Positions 49,530 to 58,949 are shown, counted from the first letter of the stretch. The stretch is 64,000 nucleotides of DNA from a virus (IMGVR_UViG_3300020049_016424:118834-182833); one strand, 5' to 3'. Numbers and translations: made by a program. The notes: generated from the letters alone by a model not told the origin.

Positions 49530-50177
49530 ATGGATGAAAATCTCCGCGCACGCTTGTGCGACTTTCGGTCGAAGCAGAAACCTGAGGGCGAGGACGGCGC
49601 TGTCGAGCGCGTTCGCGGCAAAATGGTGATCCGCGACATCCGCGCCGTCACCGGCGTGACCCTCCACCAAACCGCATGCTGGTACGGCCTCGCCAAATAC
49701 CAGCTCGCAGCCGCGAAGGGAGACGAAGAGCTCGCTCGGCACACCCGAGCGCTCGAAATCAACGCGCACATGACCGCGATGCGGCACGGGAAGTGCGTCA
49801 TCACGTACGACCCGCTCGCCTACGTCTGGCACGGCCATGGTTGGAATCCGACCGATGTGGGGCTCGAGCACGAAGGCCTGTACGACGCGGACGGCAACCC
49901 GCTCAAGAAGCCCGGCGACGTGAAGATCGATGAAATCATCGAAGCCGGGCGCGCTGGTATGGCGTTTCTCTGTGAGACGCTTCCGCACTTGCAGTGGGTG
50001 CATGCTCACCGACAAGCCATGCGCGTAGGTAAAGCCGCCAAGAGCGCAGACCCTGGCAAGAAGATCTTCCAGGAAGTCGGCATGTGGGCGTGCAAGAAGT
50101 ACGGCCTCTCGGCGCAGCCAGAGCGTCGCATCGGGTCAGGCCTCGCGCTGCCCCCCGCATGGTACAGTGAGGGTTGA
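49530..50177 (+). CDS. N-acetylmuramoyl-L-alanine amidase (Amidase_2) endolysin
   Basis: GVTLHQTA, NAH, WHGHGWN..VGLEHEG, HAHRQ...KSADPG; TACGAT-N6-ATG. Confidence 0.75.
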   Translation: MDENLRARLCDFRSKQKPEGEDGAVERVRGKMVIRDIRAVTGVTLHQTACWYGLAKYQLAAAKGDEELARHTRALEINAHMTAMRHGKCVITYDPLAYVWHGHGWNPTDVGLEHEGLYDADGNPLKKPGDVKIDEIIEAGRAGMAFLCETLPHLQWVHAHRQAMRVGKAAKSADPGKKIFQEVGMWACKKYGLSAQPERRIGSGLALPPAWYSEG

Positions 50178-50504
50178 GCGGGCGTACCCTTTTGCGGCGC
50201 TATATGTGCGGGCGTGCATCGCGTCGAAGACTATAAGAACAGCTGGAAGCGACAGGGCTTTGTGCTGTGCGTACCGGTACGTAAGGCTGCTAGGCCCACT
50301 GTACAGCCAAGGGAGTCGTCGCGGGCTCTCTCTCCTGTGAGGAGTTCGCGCTGTGTATTGGCAGAACATCGGCCAGTACCCCTCTCGAGCGTGGCGATAC
50401 TGCAGGAGTGTGCGGGCTTCTAAGAAGTATGTCCCGCCTCGCACACGGCGTTGTTCTCCTTCTATGTCGTACCACTCCCACGGCCCCGCGAACGTATGCT
50501 TCAT
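50136..50504 (-). CDS. MKH..W family paralog
   Basis: MKHTFAGPW...EARTLLQYRHAR. Confidence 0.7.
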   Translation of the reverse strand: MKHTFAGPWEWYDIEGEQRRVRGGTYFLEARTLLQYRHAREGYWPMFCQYTARTPHRRESPRRLPWLYSGPSSLTYRYAQHKALSLPAVLIVFDAMHARTYSAAKGYARSTLTVPCGGQREA

Positions 50505-50900
50505 CGAAACCTCTTCTTCTTCCGGCGTCCCCGCGGATCAAACTCGGGTTTGTGGCGCAGGAGCGCGGCGCAGCTTAGTGCGTACAGGTAAGCCCGGGTC
50601 TCCGCGCTATAAAACATGGTAGTCACCGTGTGGTACGTCTGCGCGTAGCCGTAGCGGTCCCAGTAGCGATCTCTGAGGCTGGACGGGCGGCTTCCCAGCT
50701 CCCGGACGCGCGGGTTGGAACACAGAGGGCGTGAAGCATACAGTTCCCCCCCGATGCAGTTCAGGCTCGAAGTGATCCCGAGCCTCCCGCCGCACAGGAA
50801 GTATTCGGATCTCTGCGGGGTAAATATGCGCGTAGCTAATGCGACGCTGCTGCTCGCCAGGACGGCGCCCCGTCCAGCCGGATACGAACGTGTGCTTCAT
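50501..50900 (-). pseudogene. MKH..W paralog, frameshifted (probably at the G7 run 50746-50752)
   Basis: The MKHTFVSGW frame stops at 50607. The +1 frame ends LRHKPEFDPRGRRKKKRFR and overlaps the next ATG. Confidence 0.6.
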
Positions 50901-51012
50901 CAAAACACCTGCTTTTCGGCAAGAGCGTGCGCGACGGCTGCGCTGCGACGTCTGAGGAACGTATAGAGTATTTCCGGCAGGGGAGCGTCTTTGTGAATCG
51001 CGTATGCTTCAT
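50900..51012 (-). pseudogene. Internally deleted MKH..W remnant
   Basis: ATG AAG CAT ACG is fused out of frame to the family-like C-terminus YAIHKDAPLPEILY...KQVF. Confidence 0.55.
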
Positions 51013-51035
51013 CTAAACCTCTTCTTCTTCCGGCG

Positions 51036-51395
51036 TCACCGCGGATCGAACTTGGGTTCGGAGCGCAGGACCTTTCGTGCGTCCCATGCGGAGCCGTCTG
51101 CAACAACGCGGTATCGCAAGATGCGCGCTTCCGCCTCCGTCTCGGAGATACCCCGCCAATTGCTATACAACACGTACAGTTCCGGAAGGCTGACAGCGCG
51201 CAGAATCCGCTGTCGGGGGCTGGGCTGTTTGCGCGGCCCCGGACTTCCCGGTTGAACTCGGAGGACCGGAACATGTTGCGCATGGCGATATGCGGGGTAG
51301 TGACGCGCTTCGCAGAGCCCTGGTCGTGCCCGAAAGACCCGTTGGTTTACCTCGCCAGTTGTCCAGGCCCACGGCCCTACGAAAGCGTGCTTCAT
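51036..51395 (-). CDS. MKH..W family paralog
   Basis: MKHAFVGPW...EARHYPAYRHAQ. Confidence 0.7.
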   Translation of the reverse strand: MKHAFVGPWAWTTGEVNQRVFRARPGLCEARHYPAYRHAQHVPVLRVQPGSPGPRKQPSPRQRILRAVSLPELYVLYSNWRGISETEAEARILRYRVVADGSAWDARKVLRSEPKFDPR

Positions 51396-51409
51396 CGGAA
51401 TACCTCTCT

Positions 51410-51787
51410 TCAGCGGAAGTACGCCCGCTGCTTGAACACATTCTCGTACGCACACTGCTGAAACCGCACAATGGCTGCGTAGGCATCCTTGAAGGAGCAG
51501 TCTTTGTGCATGGCAAAGCGAATGTGCAGCGTATCGGACGCAGCCCGCAGATACGGCATGAGCGCGGAGCTGTCTGATTTTCGCGCAAGGTGTTTGCGCT
51601 TGCGGAAGAAGGGCTGGCCCGCCGCGCAGTGTCCGTGCGTCGGAAGATCCCGAGCATGCCTAAACTGATTGTACTCTCGTGTCTCATGTATTCCTTGCGA
51701 AGTCGCACGCGTACGGCTGCCCAGCATGCGCTGCTCCCGTTCTCGAGTCAGGCACATCTTCCAAGGGCCTACCAAGACATGCTTCAT
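51410..51787 (-). CDS. MKH..W family paralog
   Basis: MKHVLVGPW...ETREYNQFRHAR. Confidence 0.7.
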   Translation of the reverse strand: MKHVLVGPWKMCLTREREQRMLGSRTRATSQGIHETREYNQFRHARDLPTHGHCAAGQPFFRKRKHLARKSDSSALMPYLRAASDTLHIRFAMHKDCSFKDAYAAIVRFQQCAYENVFKQRAYFR

Positions 51788-52134
51788 CGAAAGACTCCTG
51801 GGTGAACCCGGGTGTGCTCTACCGCGATCCTGCGCAACTCGTTGAGGCTGTCGAGGAGCTCTATTGCGGACTTGTGCTGCTTTTGCGCAAGGCGCGCATG
51901 GATAGAGCATAGCGCGATGTTCATGCGCGGGATTCGTCGTGGAGCCAGCTTTCTACAGCAGACCCTGGAGGCGCCGAGGCTCCCCGCGTATACCGTCTCC
52001 GGAGTCCAGCGCGCATGCCGAGCGTACGGGTATCTCCGTGTTTCCCACATGTTTATCGCGGACATGTGGACGTATCGCTGCTCCGTTTGCTGGGAAGGCG
52101 TAGGACACCACGGCCCTACAAAGGTGTGTTTCAT
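51784..52134 (-). CDS. MKH..W family paralog
   Basis: MKHTFVGPW...ETRRYPYARHAR. Confidence 0.7.
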   Translation of the reverse strand: MKHTFVGPWCPTPSQQTEQRYVHMSAINMWETRRYPYARHARWTPETVYAGSLGASRVCCRKLAPRRIPRMNIALCSIHARLAQKQHKSAIELLDSLNELRRIAVEHTRVHPGVFR

Positions 52135-52502
52135 CGGTGCTCATTGTGCCGGAGGAGGTGAGAGAAGTCCCACGCAGCGTCACGCCCCTTTTTACGGGCT
52201 ACGATCAAGTAAGCGTACGTCGTTGCGAAAGGGATATCCTGAAGCTCGGACCACCGGACCGCGAGCGGCCGCACGTCTTCCGAGTAGTCGTGTTGTGCGA
52301 GCCCATGGGGGGTGTACGCGCATCTTTGCAGGGGTAAGACCGGCGCGAGAGCAACGCAACGCAGTTCGGAGTAGCTACGCACCGCCCGCGGGCCGCGGGT
52401 CATTTGTCGTGCCTCTCCTTGTCTCCGTGCGGAGTCAAGGCGGCGCCACTCAAGACCGTCCAAGACGGTCTGTCCCCAAGAACCCACAAAGGCATGTTTC
52501 AT
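52131..52502 (-). CDS. MKH..W family paralog
   Basis: MKHAFVGSW. Confidence 0.7.
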   Translation of the reverse strand: MKHAFVGSWGQTVLDGLEWRRLDSARRQGEARQMTRGPRAVRSYSELRCVALAPVLPLQRCAYTPHGLAQHDYSEDVRPLAVRWSELQDIPFATTYAYLIVARKKGRDAAWDFSHLLRHNEHR

Positions 52503-52849
52503 GGCAGCCTCCTGCAGGCGCGGTACGCGTTGTCTTTAGCCCGCATGATGCGGGTGTACGCGGTTTGGTAGGAGATTCCTGTCCGTGCGGCCCAAACGGC
52601 CGCAAGGGGGGCTGAAGTTGGTACTCTTGCCGCGCCGCGTAGGTAGTTTGCTGTGTAGCCCTTTCGCCGTAGGTGGGGCTGTACACAGTCGGTAAAGTAC
52701 TGTATCCGTGCGTATCCTCGTTCTGCGCCAGAGCCGCACTCCATGTGTCGAACCTCGCCAGGGCCGCGCTGTGTATCTCGACGGAGGCTGCGGAGCTCAA
52801 TCCCGTCCACTGAATACTGCCTCCAGGGGCCTGCAAATGCGTGCTTCAT
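52499..52849 (-). CDS. MKH..W family paralog
   Basis: MKHAFAGPW. Confidence 0.7.
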   Translation of the reverse strand: MKHAFAGPWRQYSVDGIELRSLRRDTQRGPGEVRHMECGSGAERGYARIQYFTDCVQPHLRRKGYTANYLRGAARVPTSAPLAAVWAARTGISYQTAYTRIMRAKDNAYRACRRLP

Positions 52850-53220
52850 GGCACCACGTATGTGCGGCGCAGGTCCCCTGCCCGCGCGGCGTCATGCGCG
52901 TGGTCGTCTGCGAGCTCCCGCCCCATTTCGAGCGTCTCACACGGCCCGGCTTCCTGGCACAGCAACCGCAGGGCAAGTCGCCGGGCAATGCCGTAGTCGT
53001 CGGGGAAGCAAAGCTGTCGCACGTAGCGGCGTCTCTGCTTCGGGATGCTATTCCAAGAAGCGGCATCTCCATTTCCGTCTGTGATTTGTAGGACGCTGTC
53101 TCGGGCAGTGCGGATAGGGGACAACCGCCGCACTTGGATTCGGGACGTTCCGATGAGGACGTCACGCACTTCGCAGCCGTACATGCGCGGCACCCATGCG
53201 GTGACCATCGTGTGCTTCAT
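52846..53220 (-). CDS. MKH..W family paralog
   Basis: MKHTMVTAW...QVRRLSPIRTAR. Confidence 0.7.
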   Translation of the reverse strand: MKHTMVTAWVPRMYGCEVRDVLIGTSRIQVRRLSPIRTARDSVLQITDGNGDAASWNSIPKQRRRYVRQLCFPDDYGIARRLALRLLCQEAGPCETLEMGRELADDHAHDAARAGDLRRTYVVP

Positions 53221-53591
53221 GGGGGCACCTTGGCGTAGGGGTTTGTGAGATAGGGACGGGCCTTTCGGGCATTGTTGCGAGCTCGGACATGCGCCTCCGC
53301 GGCACGGTGATGATTCCACGGGTCGGGGAAGCCCTGGAGGGCCGCTAATCGCAACCACAATGCACGGTTGGTACTCGTAAGATATGGACGGAGGCGCGGT
53401 GGCCGCTTTCGAGACACCGTGTCGTGCGTTCGAAAGCAGGCTTCCTGTACGGTTACACAGGGAGACATCTGTTCGCGCGCGGCGCGTGTTTGCTCCAGAA
53501 CACGGCTCTCGTGCATGCGCGGATGCGTAAGTAGCCGGATCTCAATGTGCGCCGTGATCAGCTGCCAGCGTGCGGTGAACGCGTGCTTCAC
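53217..53591 (-). CDS. MKH..W family paralog (GTG start)
   Basis: MKHAFTARW...ESRVLEQTRAAR. Confidence 0.7.
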   Translation of the reverse strand: MKHAFTARWQLITAHIEIRLLTHPRMHESRVLEQTRAAREQMSPCVTVQEACFRTHDTVSRKRPPRLRPYLTSTNRALWLRLAALQGFPDPWNHHRAAEAHVRARNNARKARPYLTNPYAKVPP

Positions 53592-53974
53592 GGCTGCACC
53601 TTGGCATAGGGGTCTTTGAGTCGCGGCGCCAGCAACCACGCAAGCGCTGCAGCTTTGCGTATCCGCGTATCTGGCAGGTACAGGCCGCTGCGCGAGGGAT
53701 CCTTTACGTGCCGCACGTGCAGCAGATAGGCCCCTCCGTCGTACACCATGGGGACACGCGATGGCGGACGTAGTTTCCGCGTGTCCCGCGGCAGCGCCGT
53801 AGCCACCACTGTGCTCACACTGACGCGGGTATAGGTTGCGCGAGCATACCTATTGATGTGAAGGCTGCGCTGTTCGATCTGAGCAAGCGTAGCGCCGCGG
53901 GTTGGGAACCTCGGCACACGCACTTCGTGTAAAAGATCTTGGGTATGCCACGCGCTCACGAACACGTGCTTCAT
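53588..53974 (-). CDS. MKH..W family paralog
   Basis: MKHVFVSAW...EQRSLHINRYAR. Confidence 0.7.
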   Translation of the reverse strand: MKHVFVSAWHTQDLLHEVRVPRFPTRGATLAQIEQRSLHINRYARATYTRVSVSTVVATALPRDTRKLRPPSRVPMVYDGGAYLLHVRHVKDPSRSGLYLPDTRIRKAAALAWLLAPRLKDPYAKVQP

Positions 53975-54339
53975 CGTTTTCTCTTGGCCGGAACACGGAT
54001 GGGAGTGTAGAAGACGTAGGCTGCGTCGTCTGCGTGAGCTCGAGCTCGAGTCCGCGCGTCTTCGTACGCAGATATATGGTAGATGTGCCCGGCACGCCTC
54101 CAGAGACTGTGCGCGCACTCTAAATCTTCGAATAGTAGTGTGGTGGGGCGTATTCGAAGAGGGGGAGGCGCGCTGCGCGGGAACCCCGGGCCCGGGTTCC
54201 CGGCACGAGTGTCGTGCGTAGGCGTCGTTCGAGCGTAGCGAATTGTCGCTAACCGCCGCTCTTCCCAGCAGGTTCCTACGTCTCGAACCCAGTAGGCTGC
54301 GCTCTCGAAGACCCAAGGCCCCGTAAGTGCGTGTTTCAT
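53971..54339 (-). CDS. MKH..W family paralog
   Basis: MKHALTGPW...EERRLATIRYAR. Confidence 0.7.
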   Translation of the reverse strand: MKHALTGPWVFESAAYWVRDVGTCWEERRLATIRYARTTPTHDTRAGNPGPGFPRSAPPPLRIRPTTLLFEDLECAHSLWRRAGHIYHISAYEDARTRARAHADDAAYVFYTPIRVPAKRKR

Positions 54340-54683
54340 AGTGGCGTTCCTTTGCGGAAGAGCTCAGGTGCGCGTCTCGCCAGCACGGCCGCGCGATTAC
54401 GAGCGTGGTCATACGCCCGGACGAGATGCGGAGCACGTGCGTGCCAGTTGACCCGTGCGTCATAGTCTCGGGAAGGGCAAGGGAAGTGTGTGAACATGCG
54501 GCGGTGTATGTATGTCCGCGCGGACGTCTCCGGTACATATGGCCCGAACCAACTTCGACTCTTAGGCAGGTCTCGTGACGTACGCATAGGCGGCAACACG
54601 CGTTCTTCCCAGCCGCCAGGAATGGTGCGCCCCCAGAGGCTGCTGTTCACGGCGTACCACGGGCTCACAAATGCGTGCTTCAT
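54336..54683 (-). CDS. MKH..W family paralog (first of the main array)
   Basis: GGAGG RBS; MKHAFVSPW...EERVLPPMRTSR. Confidence 0.7.
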   Translation of the reverse strand: MKHAFVSPWYAVNSSLWGRTIPGGWEERVLPPMRTSRDLPKSRSWFGPYVPETSARTYIHRRMFTHFPCPSRDYDARVNWHARAPHLVRAYDHARNRAAVLARRAPELFRKGTPL

Positions 54684-54696
54684 GCCAGCCTCCAAG

Positions 54697-54734
54697 AAAA
54701 AGAAAACGCCCCCTGGAGTTGTCCAGGGGGCGTT
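54697..54734 (-). terminator. Strong intrinsic terminator
   Basis: 13-bp perfect stem aacgccccctgga/tccagggggcgtt with a T tract on the - strand. Confidence 0.85.
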
Positions 54735-54755
54735 CGGACTCCGCGGACTGTGAAG

Positions 54756-55181
54756 TCAGGCCGCGGCGCTGTCTGCCATCCCGGCGACCGGCGCTGCGGC
54801 CTTGCGCTGCTCTGCGGCACGCGCCGTGATCAGGCTCGAGGAGCAGCCATGCATGCCCGCGAGGGCTGCCGTGAGCTGCTTGACGGTGCAGGCCGGGAAC
54901 GCTGCCGCGAGGACCGCGAGCTGGCCAGGAAGGTCGACGCCCTCGAGCTGCGCCTTGCGGCCCTTCGGGTGCTTCGGGATGTCGAAGCCGAGAACCTTCG
55001 CCTGGACCTTGATGGCCTGGATGGCGCCGGGGCGCGTCACCTTGGCCCCGTCGACGACTTCGTCGATGGTCGGCAGCTTGCGGTTGTCGAAGCAGAAGCG
55101 CTGCACGAAACGCGCAGCGTTGTTGTGGCGCTTGGGGTTGCCGGCGACGGCAGTGTGGGTAGTGGCGGCGGTTTCAGACAT
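54756..55181 (-). CDS. Basic Ala/Lys-rich protein, possibly DNA-binding
   Basis: MSETAATT...LPTIDEVVDGAKVTRPGA; strong codon bias; has its own terminator. Confidence 0.6.
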   Translation of the reverse strand: MSETAATTHTAVAGNPKRHNNAARFVQRFCFDNRKLPTIDEVVDGAKVTRPGAIQAIKVQAKVLGFDIPKHPKGRKAQLEGVDLPGQLAVLAAAFPACTVKQLTAALAGMHGCSSSLITARAAEQRKAAAPVAGMADSAAA

Positions 55182-55216
55182 GGTTGGTGTAGTCTCCGGC
55201 CACGGAAATATCATGC

Positions 55217-55516
55217 TTACGGTACGGGTGCAAGAGGCTCTGTGGGGCCTCGGAGTGCTGCCCCGAGTCCTTCGAGCAACGCGATGCTGAGGGTCGTCGG
55301 GGACGGGCGCTTGGTGATGCGAACGCCTGCAACCACGGCGCGGGCAAAGGGGTAGCCGAACACTTCGAACACGCCGTGCACTCTTCCCATGAGAATCTGT
55401 CCCCCCGGGTCCTCCCAAATCTGCAACTCCGCGAGCTCGATCCATGGAGAGTCTTTGGGAAGAGCGTCGCGTAGAAGGAGCAGTAGTCGCGCTGGTTGTA
55501 TCCCCGGAGGCGTCAT
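55217..55516 (-). CDS. E[VI]FGYP family paralog
   Basis: RVHGVFEVFGYPF. Confidence 0.55.
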   Translation of the reverse strand: MTPPGIQPARLLLLLRDALPKDSPWIELAELQIWEDPGGQILMGRVHGVFEVFGYPFARAVVAGVRITKRPSPTTLSIALLEGLGAALRGPTEPLAPVP

Positions 55517-55718
55517 CGGGTGTATGGGGGACGACACGACTAGCCTGACCTGGATTGGAGATAAGTGGGGTAGCCCCACGTTTCGTATTGTGTGAGCGTG
55601 ATCTCACCGCCCTTGCACAAGGCGTCGATGAAGACGCCCCAAGATTCACGCGCTGCGCTGCGGTCTTGGGCAGGAGACGGGTACTGGGTACGGAAGAGCC
55701 GTTCGGCTTCTTGGAAGT

Positions 55719-55991
55719 TCATTTTTTGAGCACCATCTTTCGGGGAGAGGGGACGGGAAGAGGAATATGGCGACGGCGGGCATGTTTCCGTGGCACGAAG
55801 CTGCCGAGGTACGGGAGTGGTTCGACGCGTGTGATAATCGTGCCGCTGTGTTCGCGAAAACTGCGGCGAATGTCCCCGCCTCCGTACCCCGCGTATCCGA
55901 GTCGCATGTCGGCGTCACGGTACACCGCTGGGGAGTGTAGGCTTGTCGTGTAGATGCAGCGCTGCCACGCGTCTACGAAGGTGTGCTTCAT
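55719..55991 (-). CDS. MKH..W family outlier
   Basis: MKHTFVDAW. Confidence 0.6.
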   Translation of the reverse strand: MKHTFVDAWQRCIYTTSLHSPAVYRDADMRLGYAGYGGGDIRRSFREHSGTIITRVEPLPYLGSFVPRKHARRRHIPLPVPSPRKMVLKK

Positions 55992-56299
55992 CGCGCAGCC
56001 TTTCGTCTGTTGGCCTTGAACACGCGCAGCCGTTCCCAGATGGCACGATCGTTCTCGATGCGAGCAAACACCGCGTCGCCCTTCTTCCATGGGCGCAAAT
56101 ACTCGGTTACGTCTTCGGGCGTGGACAGTTTGTAGCACCGCGTTTGTTCCCCGTTGGGGTATTTGCCGTATCCGTGTATGTCGGAGATGGGCAGCTTTCC
56201 CCAGACGCGCACGCGCACTGTGCCTCTATTTTCTTTCATACCTGGGGACGCCCACGACATGGTGTACCGTTTCCACGACTGCACGAACGCATGCTTCAC
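55988..56299 (-). CDS. MKH..W family outlier (GTG start)
   Basis: MKHAFVQSW; AGGAGG RBS. Confidence 0.6.
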   Translation of the reverse strand: MKHAFVQSWKRYTMSWASPGMKENRGTVRVRVWGKLPISDIHGYGKYPNGEQTRCYKLSTPEDVTEYLRPWKKGDAVFARIENDRAIWERLRVFKANRRKAAR

Positions 56300-57827
56300 C
56301 GGAGCCTCCTAGTCGTCTTTTCGCCAGCCTGCTCGAGCGTTGCGCCACAAGAAGAAGACCGCAACGCCGAGCACGCCCATCCACAGCGCGTCTTCAAAAA
56401 GCTCCATGTCAGGCCTCCGGAGACAGGCGGTAGTGCTGCAAGAAGAGCGACTTCTTCAGCTGAAGGAGTTCGGTGCCCGTGCCTCTGCGGTACAGGACGA
56501 GGGTCTCTCGCACCTGCTCCACGTAGGCGGTGGCGCCGTCGCGCATGCGGATATAGGGCCGGCGTCCCGTGAAGCGTGTGGGGGTCGGCGAGATTTTCTT
56601 GGGACGAGGCATCAGGGATCTCGGAGTAGGTGGTTGAGATAGTTGCGCAGATTCACGAGGACTGCGCGTTGGTAGTGCGACAGCGCGGTCGCCGCCCGGA
56701 TACGTAGCAGCATCCGTGACATGTTCTCGGTGGCGCCGCCGAGCGTCTTTGCTTCGCCTTCTGCGCGCAGGGCGCGCTCCACGGCCTTCCATCCAGGGTG
56801 ATCGGGGTGCACCATCCCAAGATCGGCGATGGACTGCCCTGGAGGGGCGTGGGCGCGATTCTCCGCCCCACAGCGTGCGCAGACGTGCTCGGGCGGAACG
56901 AGCGCGCTCCGGGAGTACGGGCAGTTCAGCGCCCGCAGCAGGTCATCCGGGGTCATCGGGCGTCTTGGACAGGGTGGTCGGAGCGCTGCCTTCGAGTGTG
57001 ACAGGCGCACAGGCGTCGAGGCGGTTTTCGAGCTCGGCAACATGCTCGAGCAGCGCGTGCCGGTCGATCTCTGCCTGTCGACGTACCTTTGCTGAGCGGA
57101 GCTCCCAGCGCCGGTCGCGTTCTTGGATGGCTGCCAAGGCCTTATCGTCCATCCGTGGCCTCTCCGCCTGAGGACTGTGCGGCGTCCTCGATGCAGCCGT
57201 AGGTGACCCCCGCCTTGCCGTCGTAGATGATGGAATAGCCTGTGGGGCCCCAGGACCCGCCCCGTGCCTCACAGGCCCGCTGCAGCTGGTCCATTTCTTC
57301 GACCTGCGTCCTGGCTAGGAGCACCGCGCCGCCGATGATGGCGAGAACTGCGATCACGATGGCGGTGAACACGATGGAATCGTTGTCGGCACTTCTCACG
57401 TCGGGGTCTCCTGTTCGGCGCGCTCCTGGGTAACGGCGGCTACTGCTTCGAGCACGCTTTCCGCTTCTCCCTGTCCGGTCATCTTCCGGACTTCGAACTT
57501 CCAGACGAGATCAGGCATTGAACTTCTTCACGAGGTAGATGGGGGTGAGGAACCGGCGCAGCACGGTTTCCCGCGCCTGCCACAGCTGCAGTCCGTGGAA
57601 GAACTCGACGACACCGAACGCCGCTTGCGCCTTGAGCCCAGAGAGCTCGGTACGCGGAATAGCGATCCAGGTGCTGTCGACGTGATTGAAGTAGACGAGG
57701 CCCCGCGAGGCTTCGGCTGCCTGCATGCGGACGATCTCTTCGCGGAGCTTCTCCACTTCTCGTTGTTGTGGGGTGAAGGCGCCGACCCGCGTGAACAGGT
57801 GCGTGAGCCACGCAGGCATAGGAGGTT

Positions 57828-58136
57828 TCATGCGGGATTATCTCTGGGGTAAAAATCGTACAGAGCATTGATAATACGACGAGCTACTGCGGCCGCGAGT
57901 CTGCTTGTAGAATACCTCTCATCAATGCCGATGACGGTGTGTTTGGAAACGCGCCAGCGGAACGGGTATCCGAAGACTTCGTATACGCCCGTGGCCACAA
58001 ATGTATAGCCGCTACCCCTCCTGGTAATGATGACCCGGTCGCATTTGTGGCACGGCCAAGTCGTGCGCAAGGACCTATTGAGCCGGCCGGTGGTGCGTTC
58101 TGCAGCAGCCTCCACGAACGTTTTGAGCGCGGTCAC
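57828..58136 (-). CDS. E[VI]FGYP family paralog
   Basis: GTGA-coupled; ATGVYEVFGYPF. Confidence 0.55.
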   Translation of the reverse strand: MTALKTFVEAAAERTTGRLNRSLRTTWPCHKCDRVIITRRGSGYTFVATGVYEVFGYPFRWRVSKHTVIGIDERYSTSRLAAAVARRIINALYDFYPRDNPA

Positions 58137-58465
58137 TTGGAGGCCCCGCCGCGGACATGGTGTCGGAAACGGGAGATCACGGTGTCTAGCGGGGACATAG
58201 GGATCTGTGCGGGGACTGGTGTGGGGAAGGAGCCCGCGATGCCCCACGGCACGGGGTAACCAAATATCTCAACGCTTCCGTGTACCGCTATCCTGAGTGC
58301 AGCGGGCACCCCGGACATGCTCGCTGTGACCTCGGTGCAGTTCACCAGGGGGAGTTCGTCTTGGAGCATTTGACAGAGCCGTTCATGCAAAAAGGCGTCC
58401 GAGACCTTCAGATATTGCAAGACGGGCGAGCCCGGGATGTTAGTCCGCGGAGGGAGGTGCGGCAT
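58133..58465 (-). CDS. E[VI]FGYP family paralog
   Basis: AVHGSVEIFGYPV. Confidence 0.55.
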   Translation of the reverse strand: MPHLPPRTNIPGSPVLQYLKVSDAFLHERLCQMLQDELPLVNCTEVTASMSGVPAALRIAVHGSVEIFGYPVPWGIAGSFPTPVPAQIPMSPLDTVISRFRHHVRGGASK

Positions 58466-58949
58466 AGGGGTCGAGGGGCCGGCCTGTGGCCGTGGAGACG
58501 CAGGTGGCGCGCTGCGGGATGTAGTAGACGGGAACGCCGTGGAGCTGGCGGCAGTTGTGGTGCCAGCGCCGTATGCGGGCGCGCTCTATTTCGTAGGCCG
58601 CTACCTCTTCTTCTGTTGTCCTTTCGACTAGCACTACGATTGCGAAGAGGCCGCACGCGAGCAGCAACAGCAGTACACATGAGGTGATGTTTTCCCGCGT
58701 CATTCATCCCCGCTTTCTTCTTTGTCTTCGGCTGCATGCAGGGCCTTGAGTTGTTCAAGGACCTGATCGACGGTAGGCACCGGGCCTTGTTCCAGCGCCA
58801 GAAGTCGTGCTAGTTGTTCTTCGAGACCTTTGCGGTGTTGAAGGGCTTCGAGTGCGAGATCGCAAAGGGCATAGATCTTTTCGACGCGTCGTTTCGCGGC
58901 ATAGTGCGTATGTGCACGGTCCGCTTGCGTCAGATCGTGTCGCAGCTGC

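Larger units (their letters stand above)
50493..51058. repeat. 58-bp direct repeat (50493-50550 and 51001-51058, 4 mismatches)
   Basis: cgtatgcttcatcNaaacctcttcttcttccggcgtcNccgcggatcNaactNgggtt, spanning gene junctions. Confidence 0.85.

Noticed and set aside
50136-54683. CRISPR-like or DNA-repeat array, or a DGR target set
   Set aside because: The periodic motif varies at synonymous positions, the spacers are ~350-bp ORFs, and no cas or reverse-transcriptase gene is in the window.
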